Source of the DNA: Stegostoma tigrinum
Taxonomy: Eukaryota
DNA: 64,000 nt
Direction: 5' to 3'
Assembly (NCBI RefSeq): GCF_030684315.1
Contig: NC_081357.1
Coordinates: 95,038,930-95,102,929, forward strand
A program made the translations under genes and the position numbers. Positions 40,206-53,855 of this stretch are shown one piece after another. Numbering within the stretch: the first letter of the stretch is position 1; each line of letters begins with the position of its first letter. The notes under the pieces are model-generated. The model was not told the origin of the DNA. It searched no databases and worked only from the letters and a program-made list of their open reading frames with translations.

Positions 40206-42097
40206 AAAAGAATTATTAATTTGTTCCTTGGTCATAAAGCAATAATAAATAAGATAAATACTTTTGCTTATCCAGATACGTATCTTTCATGTTCCGTTTC
40301 CCAAAATTCAGTCCTAGAAGGATGCTGTAGGTTGCTTTGGATTGCTTCAGCATTTCTAGACAATTGGTGTGTATGAACAATAGATTTCCACACAGGGAGG
40401 CCACCATTATATCCTTTGAAATACAGTGCCCAAATTGAATGCACTAGACTGAGTGGAACTAAACTCTAAACTGCATTGCAACTTCCGTCTCTTAGTAAAC
40501 CAGCTTCTTTAGGCCACTGGTCACCATACTGTTAGTCTGTTTTGATTTTGCTTGTCACATGAATACTAGCCTTTAATGATTTCGGTATTTGGTCTCAAAT
40601 CTCTCTACAGTTCCTAGTTTGTACACCTTTAGGAAATACTTTAATTTATCTACCTTAGATTCAAAATGAACAACTAAACACTAGTTCAACTTTCTGCCCT
40701 CTCTAGCCTGATTTGTTTAAAATGACCATTGATTGAGAGTAATTCTATACAGACCCATTAGATCACAAGGGCTGGAAATTTGAGCCAGTAGGAATCTAAT
40801 TTGTTTCTTGGATAGTGTCTTTGTAACTTTAAAGGTTGAGTAGAGAAGGCTAATGAAACTATCGGAGAGACAGTAGCGTAGCGGTTATGTTATTAGAATT
40901 AGGTGGTCTTTAAACTCAAGTCTGTGACTGTTGGTCCCTAAGAGCATGTGCAGTCAACATGATTAATGTAAAAAGCATATAAAGAAAAACAGTTAAAAGC
41001 TACTTTTTTTGCTGTCCTTCCTCATTATGACGTTCCATCCTTCAGATAAGATGTGAAAACCTGAGTCCCTTTGCCTTGTCTGCCCTTTCAGGTGAATGTT
41101 AAAGATCTCACTGCACAATTTCAAAGAGGAACAGGGAAATTCTTCCTATTGTCTTTTCAATATTTATCCCCCAATCAACATCACTAAAATGGTGAGGATA
41201 CAGTCACCATTACAACGCTTTTGCTACTGTCTTGCAGTACAGAACTTGTTTGCTATATTTCCTACATTTATAAAGTTGAAAGACTAACTCGTTGGTCGTA
41301 ATGCACTTTTCGGTGTCCTAAGGTTACAAAAGGTGTTATAGAAAGTGAATCTTTCGTTTCGACTGCGAGTCCATAAACCACAGTTTGGAGTGCAGTTGCC
41401 CTTATGCTGTTTTTTTGCAAGGAAAATCTAACACTAATGCCCTATAATAAAAGCAAAACTCTGTGGATGGTAAAAGACAGAAATAAAAACAAAACATCAG
41501 AAACACTTAGCAGGTCTGGTGACATCTGTGGAGAGAGAACAACAATCAATGTTTTCAGGTCAATGACCATTTATCAGAACAAATTCTACATTGTTGCTTT
41601 TCCCACAGCCTTGTCTCTTTATCTGCTTCAAATATTTAAGCATCTCCCTGTTTTCTGTCTCTGTTTCATTTTTCCAGTCCATATCCAATTTCTCTGCACT
41701 CCAGTTTCTCTCACCACAAGCTGCCTCACAGTGGAATGTGAGTGTGTTCGTGTGCTAGCTTAAATAAGCTCTGGAGGTATTGCTGTGGGATTAATAGTGG
41801 ACATTCACTTTTACCCTGAGTGCTACAAATGATATGAAGTCCTCAGAAACAGGAAAAACCAATGTTCTTGCCTGTTCAGCTCCCAGACCTATCTGTTTGT
41901 CAGAAACTAAGATGTAACAAATTCTTGAACACTTTGAGCCTCTGTTTTATTTTAGTGGAAATCAACACGTTCCTCCCAGAAACTCAGTAATCAAATTGTA
42001 GAAATGTGATAAGACAGACATGTGGTTATACAGGAACTTACATGTGTCTGCTGTTATTAATTGCCATATTAAATGTCCTTCATTACTTCATGTCCAG

Positions 42098-42217
42098 GGT
42101 ATAGATGTTCCACAAGAAGCATGGTATTGGTTACCCACTTCCATCGATGATGATGATGATGATGGAAAGGAGGAGGAAGAAGAATCAAGTGGACGGGATT
42201 ATGAAATGTTTCGCACA
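42098..42217 (+). CDS. GPATCH11: GPATCH11 coding exon 6 (GIDVPQEAWYWLP, acidic tract)
   Basis: ccag| acceptor, ACA|gtaaag donor, 120 nt; WYW motif followed by a D/E run. Confidence 0.92.
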
Positions 42218-43937
42218 GTAAAGCAATTTTTGTTTTATCAAATCTTATTACAAGCTTTATTAAAGATTGCATACGATAATTAAGACAAGAAATCATCTTG
42301 AAGAACACCTTTTTCTAGTCTCTCTCCCTCTTCTTTCCCCCTTACCCCCATTCCAAATAAGAGTGCGTGGATATTTGGTGAAGGAACCTAAAGGGGTTAG
42401 GTTGTGGTTCCAACTCTGTAATAGGCTACTGGTGGTCACCATCAAAGCTGGTATAAGCAACGGTCACTGGGACAGGGACTCGGTGACAAGACAGCATTTT
42501 CAGGAGTACAAGCACTAAACTGGAGAGGAGCAAAATATCCTGATTGTTCAGGACTCTTCTGATGTGAAACATCAAAGTTCCTCCTCCTCCGATGCTGCCT
42601 GACCTGCTGTGTTCCTCCAACTCCACATAGTGTTGTCTCTGACTCCAGCAGCTGCAGCTCTTGCTATCTCATCCTGATAGTACATATGTTTTTATTTATA
42701 TCACTGTCATATGCACAACTTGTTAAATTCTGTGTGTCAAACCCATTAGTGCTTTATTGGAACTACATGCGCCTAGTTTTGTGCCTTTTGTGTGCTAATC
42801 CTGATGGTTTGGGAACAATTGAATTTGCTGCTGCATTGGAGCCCACTCATTCTCATTGAGCTGAGAGTGAATGTTCCCAGCGATGATTTGAGAGCAACGC
42901 TGGTGAAATACAGACAAAGGCTCAATTCAAACAAAATGCTGTCCCGAATGTTCTCCATTTTTCTTTCTTTGTTCTGTACAGTTTTTTTTTCATGTATAGT
43001 TCCTGTAAGATTGCTCATGGTCATGGCAGTCTCATCTTAAAGATTGCATGCACCTAGTTTGTTGCACTGCACGATAGATTACAATCACCACCTTCACTGG
43101 CCTCAACTCAAACAATAACACCAATCCCTTCATTGAACCCATCCATATTTGAGTGATCAGCACTGTTTCTTCAGAGGTTTGGGGATTCAAGTCCTCCATC
43201 ATTTCCTTAAGCACAGAATGTAGGCTAATATTCTGGTGAAGCAATAAGGGATGTTGCAGTGTCAAAGGTGTACTTTTTGTCTGAGAACTTAAATAAGAAC
43301 CCATCTCCCTACATAGGTAAATGCAAATAATTTTGTGGCATTACTTTGAGAGCAAGCTAGAAGAATTTTCCTGGTGACCTGGCCATATGTATCCCTCATC
43401 CAACATCAGATTGATTATTTATGACATTGCTGTTTGTGGAGTCTTGCTGTGCACAGTTTCACTGTAGCATTCACTGTCTTCTAGCATTAACAAGTGTCCT
43501 CATTAAAACAATGCACTTCAAAAAATGACTGAAATGCTATGGAAACTATTTAGCTCACGAAAGCTGATTTTTAAATGGATATTCTTTTGAACCACTTGAT
43601 TCTTGGCTGTTGTCATCGTCCCACATTACAATTCACACTGCCTAAGACCCTTAAGACAAGAATTGTTCCCTTCATTTTCAGTAGGAACAGAGTGAATTAC
43701 CGGGTCTGGTGTAGGAGAAGGCGATATATTATTAATCTAGAGTGGGAGAATGCAGTGAGTGACCATATCAGGATCACAGGAGTACAATGCGTTTTCACAT
43801 CTGCAGTACAGGAGCAGTGGAGCGCAGGAATGCAGTGAATGATTCCTTGTGGATTGCAGGAATATGGTCTGTGATTAAGTCACAATTTCCTTTGTTGAAG
43901 GTAAGCTTGTTAATTGAAAGTGTTTTCTTGTTTTCAG

Positions 43938-44019
43938 ATTGAGGAAAAACTGCTGATTTTGACCAGCTATCTCAGGAGAAAATACTTCTACTGTGTCTGG
44001 TGTGCAATTTCTTACCAAG
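43938..44019 (+). CDS. GPATCH11: GPATCH11 coding exon 7 (IEEKLLILTSYLRRKYFYCVWCAISYQ)
   Basis: ttttcag| acceptor, G|gtaaaa donor, 82 nt; YLR...YCxWC motif of the C-terminal domain. Confidence 0.95.
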
Positions 44020-45309
44020 GTAAAAATACACAGTACCTACTTTTAGAAAGTTTCTCAATAGGTGCATATTTGCTTTTATTCCAATTCTACAGAATCAAAG
44101 TATTTTGGCTTGTATGGTTAAATGTAGAGTTGAGTTGATTTCCCAAAAATTGTGTTCTGAAAACGTTTTAAAAAATTTCAGCTGCATAAATGTCCCTCAG
44201 CCCAGTATAATTCCAAACACTGGGGTCTTCAATAGCAACTGTATTTTGAATATCCCTCATTTGACAAATAGTCCAAAGCAGTTTTCCTGTTTTAAAATGT
44301 ATTCTACCTAGTACATTTTTTTAAATCCACTCAAGACTGGACTGTTTTTATGTTACATTTTTACATGAACTCACTATCCTGAAACAACTTATAGCCAATT
44401 TTCTTTTTTTTTTAAATGCAGCCAACACTTTTATAGAGCTTAGGACCTAAGTTCTAATGGCTTGTCTGTCAGTATTGGGGAGGAAGGAGTGAGAAATGCC
44501 CTAGAAACCAGATTTGGATATAAACAGAAATCATAGAGGATTGCAAAGCAAAATTTAAGAGTCCCTTTCACTGGGATGTGCTTATTTCTACAGCTTCTGC
44601 CTTGACACCCCTCCCAACCCCTCTTCTCTCAATTAAGACACCATTCCAGTTCTTAATTTCACCCATCTCATCTTGTCCTACATAGCAGATGGAAGCAATC
44701 CCAGTCCAAATGCAACCGGATTGGCAGTAACATCCTTAGCTTGAGCTGTAAAGAGGCAAATAATATTCACACCACACAAATGCCAGGCAATGACCATCTC
44801 CAATAACATATAATCTAACCACCCTTGGCACTCAATGGCATTACCATCACTGAATTCCTTACTATTAACATCTTGAGACTTACTATTGACCAGAAACTCA
44901 ATCAGACTCACCATATAAAGACAATGGCATCAAGAGGCTAGGAACACAGAAACAAGTACCTCATTGCCATCTTCTCAAAAGCAACCAGACAATAAATACT
45001 GGCCAGCAAGCAATTCCCAGGTCCCACAAGTGAATTTTAAAAATGCTATCATCAAACATCCTGTTTCCTCCCTGTTCTTTATCTTGTCCAGTGGCATCAT
45101 TTCACGTCATTCATTCAACAGAATAATGCCACTTTTGAACTGCCTCCAACACCACTGTATTGTTCTTAAATGTGGAGACCAATACTATACATAGTACTCT
45201 AGGTGCACCCTCACAATGCCCTGTACAGTTGTAATAAGACAGTTTTAAATTCCAACTCCTTAGCAATAAAGACCATATACTCCCATTAGCATGTTCCTTC
45301 CTTGTACAG

Positions 45310-46235
45310 TCATAGTCCTACTACTCAGTAATTGACTCTTTAGCCCATTCGTTCATACTGACCTGACATCCCGATCTGACCTAGTTGACCCTCCCTCATT
45401 TGCCAGCATTTGGCCCATATCCCCTAAATCCTTCCTCTTCATCTACCCATCCAGATGCCTTTTAAATGTCATAATTGCACCTTCCTGCAGCAGCTCATTC
45501 CATATACACACTACCTTTTGTGTGAAATATTGCCTGTCAGGCCCTTTCAAAATCTTTCCCCTCTCACTTGAAACCTGTGCCCTGTAGTTTTGGACTCACC
45601 CACCATAAGAAAAAGACATTGGCTAGTCATCCTATCCATGCTCCTCATGATTTTATCAACCTCCATAAGGTCACTCCTCAGCCTCTGGCGCTTCAGCCTC
45701 TCCCTATAACTCAAACCCTCCAGTGCTGGCAACATCCTCGTAAATCTTTTTTTGCACCCTTGCAAGTTTAACAACTTTTTTGCTATAGAAGGGCAACCAG
45801 AATTGTGTACTATATTCTAAAGTTCAGCAACACTCTCCAGGTCCCTGTCATTGCCTGTTTAAGCTCTGCCATGGTTTGCTTACCAAAATGCAATGCCTCA
45901 CACTTACCTAACTTAGATTCCATCTGCCACTGTCAGCCCATTGCCCCACTGATCAAGGATCCTTTGTACTCTGTACTCTGAGATAATCTTCATGGACCAC
46001 CACACCACTTAATTTGGTGTCATCTGCAAATTTATTAACTTTACCTCCTATATTCACATTCAAATCACTTATATACACAATGAAAAGCAGTAGACCCAGC
46101 ACCAATCCTTGCGGCACGCTGCTGGTCACAGGCCTCCAGTCCAAAAAGCAATTCTCTACCACCACCCTCTGTCTCCTACCTTCAATCCAATTAGCTCGCT
46201 CTCCCCGGATCCCATGTGATCTAATTTTACTAATC
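45310..46235 (-). mobile_element. CR1 LINE 3' fragment
   Basis: VPQGLVLGLLLF...KFADDTK; RFTRMLP. Confidence 0.85.
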
Positions 46236-46785
46236 AGTATTTATACTATCCTTCACCAGGAAGACCAATGCAGAGTATTGCTTTAAATTACCTGCTATTT
46301 CACTTTACCTTGTTACTGATTTCACTGTCACATTCTCTGAAAAATTCTCAACCAGAAATTTGAGAGCAGCTGCTTTAGAAGAGCTAATGGGCACTGCGAC
46401 CAGAAACACAATATAAACGTGAGAAACTGTTTTCCCCCAGGCCACAAAAATAATACATGGCCCCAGTGACCTACTGTTACATGGAACTGCTGCAATCATC
46501 CAGATCCCCAATAGAAGATAGAAGGACCCCTTTGTTGAGGGCCTATCACTGAGGATCTCTGCTGCCGAAAGGTAGAATGTATACCAGGGTATACCTGAAT
46601 GATGGACAAAGGAGAATTACAACAGTGACTACGTTAAAAATATACCATTGGGCTGTAAAGTCTTTGGGATGTATTGAGGTATGAAAGGCACTGTATAAAA
46701 GCTTTTGCTTATTTCCTTTTGATCCACTTCCTGGACAAAAAAATGTACCATCAATTTTGAAAATGTTGCTTCTGGCTTGTTGCAG

Positions 46786-46841
46786 ATGAGGAAGACCTAT
46801 CTGATAACTGTCCTGGGGATTGTGCTGCTGACCACTGCTGA
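46786..46841 (+). CDS. GPATCH11: GPATCH11 last coding exon (DEEDLSDNCPGDCAADHC*)
   Basis: tgcag| acceptor, TGA at 46839-46841; the exons sum to 819 nt = 272 aa plus stop. Confidence 0.94.
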
Positions 46842-47237
46842 CTGATGAAGCACAGTACAGAGCAAACAGAAATAGCATTGGTGGTGGCATGGCACTGCAC
46901 TGCACTTCCGAGACTGGCATGGAGTGTTCTGAATATGAGAAAAAACTTCTAATACTCAATTGTCAATTCTGAGCTGGTGTTGGCGATGTGTTCTCCAACT
47001 TGTATTTGAAGAAAATGAACTGAATGATGCCATTTTCATTGTGATACTGGACTGTCATCTTTACAACCTTTTGATAGATGGGCAACTGTACATGTAAAAT
47101 ATTTGTACTTTTGACATTTTATTTTAAAGTACCTCTGTATTTAATGATTTATATTGTGTTCCTTTATTTGCCTGAAAATAATTCACTGGGTATACTTCCC
47201 TTGACCTTATGAAATTCCACATTGTGGATCAAAGTCT

Positions 47238-47243
47238 ATTAAA
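47238..47243 (+). terminator. Candidate GPATCH11 polyadenylation signal ATTAAA
   Basis: ATTAAA ~400 nt after the stop in a U-rich 3' UTR, just before a CR1 insertion. Confidence 0.4.
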
Positions 47244-47298
47244 TTTCAATCCCTGCAAAGCACAAATTTTTGTGCTCTGAAATGAAGGCAGATGCAAC

Positions 47299-47815
47299 TA
47301 GAACATAGAACAATACAACACAGAATAAGCCCTTCGGCCCTCGATGTTGCGCCGACCTGTGAACTAATCTCAGCCCCTCCCTCTACACTATCCCATCATT
47401 ATCCATATGCTTATCCAAGGACTATTTAAATGCCCCTAATGTGGTTGAGTTAACTACATTGGCAGGCAGGGCGTTCCAAGCCCTTACCACTCTCTGAGTA
47501 AAGAACCTGCCTCTGACATCTGTCTTAAATCTATCACCCCTCAATTTGTAGCTATGACCCCTTGTACAAGATGAAGTCATCATCCTTGGAAAAAGACTCT
47601 CACTGTCCACCCTATCTAATCCTCTGATCATTTTGTATGTCTCTATTAAATCCCCTCTTAGCCTCGTTCTCTCCAATGAGAACAGACCCAAGTCCCTCAG
47701 CCTTTCTTCATAGGGCCTGTGCTCCAGACCAGGCAACATCCTGGTAAATCTCCTCTGCAGCTTTTCCAATGCTTCCACAACCTTCCTGTGATGGGGTGAC
47801 CAGAACTGCATGCAA
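47299..47815 (-). mobile_element. Young CR1 3' fragment (same subfamily as 29044-31438)
   Basis: QFWSPH...RRFTRMLPGL...RGHSYKL; agaacatagaacaata tail. Confidence 0.9.
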
Positions 47816-50800
47816 TAAATCAGATAAAATGTAAGAGACCCCACAGAGGCAAGGTAGCTGATGAGGCATGTTTGGTAAAATATGGTGAGAATTCCTACCG
47901 GGTCTAATCGCAAGAATCCCTCCAAAAAAACTCAACTTGCCCTTAGCCAAAAAAAGGTAAGATTTAGCTCATAGACTTGGTTTGTGCAGAAAGTTTATTG
48001 ACTATGCTTGTTGGATAGTTCTCTCTCCTAGTCTCAGGTGTTCTACTTTTATATATCATACTGAAATCAATCAATTAAATGCTAAAAAGTTTTCATTCTA
48101 ACCTTAATACTTGCTGTATTCTCAGATTTCCATTGTCTCTTTAAATATATTTTTTACTTGTATCCAATCCTTAAAATTCATGAAAAATTTGTTTGCGTTC
48201 TATATTTTGCATTGTAATTCATATCAACCTTCCAAATGCCTCCTCTTTTTTGACGAAAAATGTTGCAACATGTTCAGCTATAAAGCAATCCAAACAGACA
48301 TTTGACTTTCCGTGTTCTTATAACAAATGTCCTTCTTTGAGGACATCTAATAATTTCCCAGTACAAGCGTTCTTTTTGTAAAATAATCAGACCCATTTTA
48401 TTTTAGAAATCTCTTTTCTTTCCAAAACATTCTTAGATCAAGCAAGGTCAATTCTCAACTTTTTCCTCTCTAACACCCTTTGCTGAAGGAGCATCATTCT
48501 AAAAATAATGATTATCCATTTTATGGCTTGTTTCTTGGATAGGATTTCCTTCTGAATAATAGACAAGTGTCTATTGCTCACCATAGAGCCAGTTTTTCCA
48601 CAGCTAAAACTGTGTAAACTAGCTTTTTTTTAGATTCCCAGGGTAATGGGCAGCGTATATTATTCATTCCCAAGAATATGATAAAACCTGCTAAATTAGA
48701 ATATCCATTTGGAAGACTGGCATGTGAAACATTGCTAAAGGTGGTGAACTTCATGTCTTGCTCTCCTTATGCCCAATTTGGTGCCCACTACATTTTCATT
48801 TATTAACCTCTGTACCAACTCACTAGGTATCGAACACAGGCAGACCTCAGGATCCACACCTTGATGAAATGGAAAAAAATTCTCTATTTGTTACAGACAT
48901 CATTATCTTTAAATAAATTCATGAAAACCTATTACATCTAAATCTAATACATCTAAATCCTCTTAAATACTTAATCTCTTATTAAAACAAACATTTGCAT
49001 TCATAACCCCACATCCATGACAGCTAATTCTTTAGCAACCTTTTTTAAACCTGCCATTCAAAGTGTAAGTTCACACTCCACTCCCCACTATGACAATAAC
49101 AACGTGTGGAAGCTGTCACCAGCAATAATGCTACAATGATAGCACTTAACATGTCAACAAACAGTAATTGAAACTGCTCAAACTAGTCTTTTTTTGCTCA
49201 TAAAAACACATGCAGGCAGTTTTCATTTCAGAGGATGAGGGATTAAAATCATTTGATAGCCTCACAGTTTTAGATGCCTCTTTAACATTAAAGTCACAGA
49301 ATGCTCAATGCCTTCTAAATGAGATCTAATTTCACTGTGCACTGAGTTTCATCAGCCCAGCAGATTTGCACTTTATGCCTGTGCATTTCCCCAGCCAAGA
49401 GGAATGGTCTTTATTGGAAATGGGGAAAACGTTTCATATCCGGGGGCTGTCTGCAACTTTTAAAGGTCTGATGGAGTCTTCATGACTTTGAAAGTCTGGG
49501 CCGATGTCTCTCTTTGGATGTCATCGTTGACCAACGATTCTAACACTTCGTCAATTGCTAAATGGCCTATAGCTCCCTGAAATAGTTTTAATACCCACTT
49601 TGAAGAAAGAAATTAGTTTTGCTGCTTGCCAATTCTCCAGCACTATTCCTGTCTTTATTGAATTTTAAATTTAAATTGATTCAAATGTATCTGTTAATTT
49701 ATTCTTGTGATCTGCAGGCAAAATCACCAGAATCTAAGGCTTAAATGAGAAAAGTCAAACTATCTTTCTTGTCTTCAACTCACAATGCCACAAGTCACAT
49801 CAGGGAATCTATCATGTTAAAATATTGTTTGTGCAATATCAATAGCTGTTATTTATACAGTAAAACTGCCAATTTTCCCACTTATAAGTCCAATATTCCT
49901 GGACAAGTATCTGCTTATGACCTCTCCAGTCACTAACTGAAATACTTACAATGTAGTTAAATTCCCAATAATCCTTTTGCTCCCCTGAATGCAGCATTCT
50001 GTTTTTTCTAAAACACCCTCTCTCAATCTTTAGTTGAAAATTAACTTTTCACAGCAGCATGGAAAAACAAGTTAATGCCCCCATTAAAATTAATGCCACA
50101 TAAACACATTAAGCATGCATACATTAATACCAAAGAGTAATGTCCAAGCTTTATCCCCTCATCTGCAGCATACTTTCGGGAGTCCACACATCATTTCCTC
50201 AACTGTAATGACCAAGTCAACATTGTTCTACAGTCACGGCAGGCATCATCTGCTCTTCACAAATTAACATTGGTACTTCCCCATGAACTCAGACTTTCTG
50301 AGGATGTAGTTACTGATATGAGACCAATAGTTACATTTCTGGTTCCAGCCAGGGCAAAACCTTGTTCAGAAACGAACTCTGCACTTGGTACATTTAGCTA
50401 TCTCAGAAAGGTTAAAAATAAAATGTTTGGCTAGTTGTGGTGGAAAATTAACAGCCCTCTAAATAAGGATAAGATGATTTACCTGACCACTTGAAAACCC
50501 TGGTTTGACACCGACCAGAATTCACACTTGATCCAAAGTCAAACTATGCTAGACAAAACCCCTCTCCCAAACTACACAGTCTCCGACTCCACTCTCTTTT
50601 CTGGATAGTGCAAATCTGAATTTAATGTCCAACCTTTCAGTAATAGATCACTTTGTAATGGCACTTAATTTCCAATGTGAATGTATCCTATTTAATTAAC
50701 GTTTTCTCTAATTATGGCCTCCTGCAGTTTTTAAACTCTCTGTTTGTCCTACTTGAAGCAGCAAAATGTAAACCAAACCTAACACATGCCAATCTACTCA

Positions 50801-51459
50801 CTAAAATAATGTGAAATCAGATTTTTAATTATTAAGCTTCATGACCTGAGGCAACTTCTTCAGCTAGGACACAGGAAATAAACAAGGTGAACAGGTGTTG
50901 CGGTGAATGTCAAAGAATTCACAGTTCTGTGTCTGGAACATCAGCAATCTTTTCTTTTTGGCCAAATCAATGATAATTTGTCTACCAACGTCTTCTCATC
51001 TATTTCCAAGGTTGATATAAAGCGACAGCAGGGCTATTTCGAATTGACTGATAAATCTGTCAGCTCTTTGGACAGTCTTAACACTTGTCAATAACATGAG
51101 GCAACAAAAAAGCAGCTGCAAGCCACCTGGTTTCATTTTTAAGATTGTCGCTAAGTTCTCTGTGTAACTTAAATAATGTACAAGGTGAGTTTCTCTTTAA
51201 GGAACCAGCAGAAACACAATGGGACAAATTACCTTCTTCTAGACTGTAAAATGCTAAGATTCCCAAAAGTTTTAGGACCTTGGGTACCGATATATAATTG
51301 CCACAAACCTTTTTGATTTGTTGAATTATAGCTTTTGATACATGATTTCCTGAACAACTGACACTATATTTCTCTTTCCACTTTTTAACAACCCTCTGTA
51401 TGTTCCTTTGCAACTGCATATGAGTTATTTGAAATCATGAAAAGATTACCTTAAAAGGA

Positions 51460-53566
51460 ACTTCATGCCACATCAATCAGGCCTTCAGTTCTGTGTATAT
51501 TGGCAACTTCGATTCGAGCAGAATTTGCTTTATGCACCAATACTTTGTGCTTCATTTTATACCGGTAAGCAGTTAGCAATGCAGACCACTTTTTAACATG
51601 CTGGCTACTGCCCAAATGTTGTAAAGGTAAATGGCTCATGTCCAGCTTTGTGAATGACAGCCCCACCCCCATAAGCTTTGCATATAAATCCTGCATGTGA
51701 GGGTTTGGGTATTTATCCAGCTGCAAGAGGTTGTCTACCATTTCTTTAAAATCCCCACACAGGTATACTAACCAGTCAGGCTTCACAATTGGCATGACCA
51801 GTGCATCCAACTGTGCCAACTGTACTGGAGTTTGATGATTCCTTCACTTTCCAGCCTCTGAATTTCGGCCTCTACTTTTACCTGTAAAGCAAATAGTACT
51901 GAGCACTGGTTTTCTGAAGAAGGGTCTAGGCCCGAAACGTCAGCTTTCCTGCTCTTCTAATGCTGCTAGGCCTGCTGTGTTCATCCTGCTCTACACGTTG
52001 TTATCCTAGCACTGGGCAGGCCTTGCAGAATCATAAAATTGCTCTTGGTCCCTATGTAAAGTGGCTTTGGCTCCTTTGATAGTCTCTAGACCTTCCTGAA
52101 AAATATCTGGGTTAATTAATTAGAACTTCACTCAGGCAGCTGTTTTCTCATCAAAATGTTGAGCCAATCAATGTGAGTTTTTCTCAACCAACTTATTCCC
52201 GTTAGGTTTGGGCCGAAGCCTTTTACTACAACCAAACCGGTTGCTTCTTACACAAGACTGAGACCAAAATTGCACCTTTAATCTATAAGGGTTCTCAGTC
52301 AAGCTAAGGTATTATGCAAACTTAAGTGCTGGAGTCTAGAGTGAATTTTGTTAAAGACTGGTTCTGCACTCTGATACAACTGCATCAGTACCAACCTCCA
52401 TTAGAACTGGGTGACCATTTAGCCAGATGTTTATTTTGATTGGTTCTGATTTGGATGTTGCAAAGCAATTAACTGTTTCAACTCAGAAGTAGGTGGATAC
52501 TGTTCTGGATGCTGGCGTACGAGTTCTCTAACTCAATTCAGGCCCAGTGGGACTCCCTAGCTGTCTCAAGTCTGCATGTGGGCAGCAACTACAATGGCTT
52601 GCCAGCCTAGATCCTGAAGAAAATGTTAACTGTTTGGCTGAGGCTTGGCTTTGTTTTGGGGTTTTGCAGTGGGCTGACTTAACATCCATCTATTCAGAGC
52701 ATGTCCTGAGTGAGACTGTACAATTGCCTTGACTGGTGTCCTCCAGGTCAGTTGGGCTAGCAAGGGACTCACATACTTTTTAATTAGTCTGTTCCCCTTG
52801 CTACATTTTCTACTGACAAAGCCAGTTGTGGTAGCTGTTTGAAGTTCAGTTGGACTTCATCTAATAAGTGCTTTTTGCATGATACTGTCATTAATCCCAC
52901 ATACCAAACAGTCTCGCAGCATCCCATTAAGGGTTAAATCAAATTTGTGTGCCTTTGCCAGTCATCTGAATGTTGTCAAAAATCCCAATATTGAATCCCT
53001 TTAGTTCTCAAATTGCTGAGTAAAACTAATGGCATCTCAGAAATAGAGGAGGCTTGGGATTGTAATATTCCTTAACTAAATCCATCAATTCTTCAAAGGT
53101 TTCAGTATCTGGTGCCTCAGGAAACATTAGGTTCCTGATAGCCAAAAATGCTGTGGTACCACAAGCTGTCAGGAGAATTACTCAGTGCTTTTCATCTGCT
53201 CCAGTGTCATTTGCCTGGGAATAACAATATTCTCCCTATATACTGGGCCCAGTCTTTGACATCAGGATTGAATGAGTCAAGCTCAACAAATAATGGCATT
53301 GTGCCAGGAATGCTTACCCCAATTCAAAAGTAAGCTAATTTCTTCAGAAGCATATTTTTAGTCTCTTATTGTCACTGAAATAACTTCACAGAGGCCGGTA
53401 TCCTGTCACCAATTCAACCCCTATTTATACATGGACAGTACCTGACACCAGTCTGGCTTTCTGAGAGTGAGCAGAACCTCTGAGACTCCTGCATATACCT
53501 GTCTGATTATCAGTCCCAATCATGGAACAAATATTCTATGAGATCCACCTGGTTGACCTCATTACA
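51460..53566 (-). mobile_element. Truncated Ty3/Gypsy LTR retrotransposon (5' LTR ~53376-53566, gag, protease, RT remnant)
   Basis: LTR begins TGTAATG on the minus strand; gag-like MPLFVELDSFNPDVKDWAQY; protease-like LNGHPVLMEVGT; RT LCGDFK...DKYP...FTKLDMSH. Confidence 0.8.
51910..52007 (+). mobile_element. Solo Penelope terminal segment with hammerhead core, inserted in the Gypsy element
   Basis: CTGAAGA-AGGGTCTAGGCCC-GAAACGTC at 51914; TSD AGCACTGG at 51902-51909 and 52008-52015. Confidence 0.8.
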
Positions 53567-53605
53567 ATCTTTGGAACTAGTGAAACCATAGAACAGCACT
53601 AGGAA

Positions 53606-53855
53606 GAGATAATGGGAACTGCAGATGCTGGAGAATTCCAAGATAATAAAATGTGAGGCTGGATGAACACAGCAGGCCAAGCAGCATCTCAGGAGCACAA
53701 AAGCTGACGTTTCGGGCCTAGACCCTTCATCAGAGAGGCTCTCTGATTGTTTCAATCAGAGGCTCTCTGATGAAGGGTCTAGGCCCGAAACGTCAGCTTT
53801 TGTGCTCCTGAGATGCTGCTTGGCCTGCTGTGTTCATCCAGCCTCACATTTTATT
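53606..53855. mobile_element. Young palindromic Penelope-derived element with two hammerhead cores
   Basis: 93-bp perfect arms 53645-53737/53763-53855; 14-bp TSD AACAGCACTAGGAA (53592-53605, 53856-53869). Confidence 0.88.

Noticed and set aside
42145-42185. (GAT)n/(GAG/GAA)n microsatellite
   Set aside because: It encodes the ordinary acidic tract of GPATCH11.
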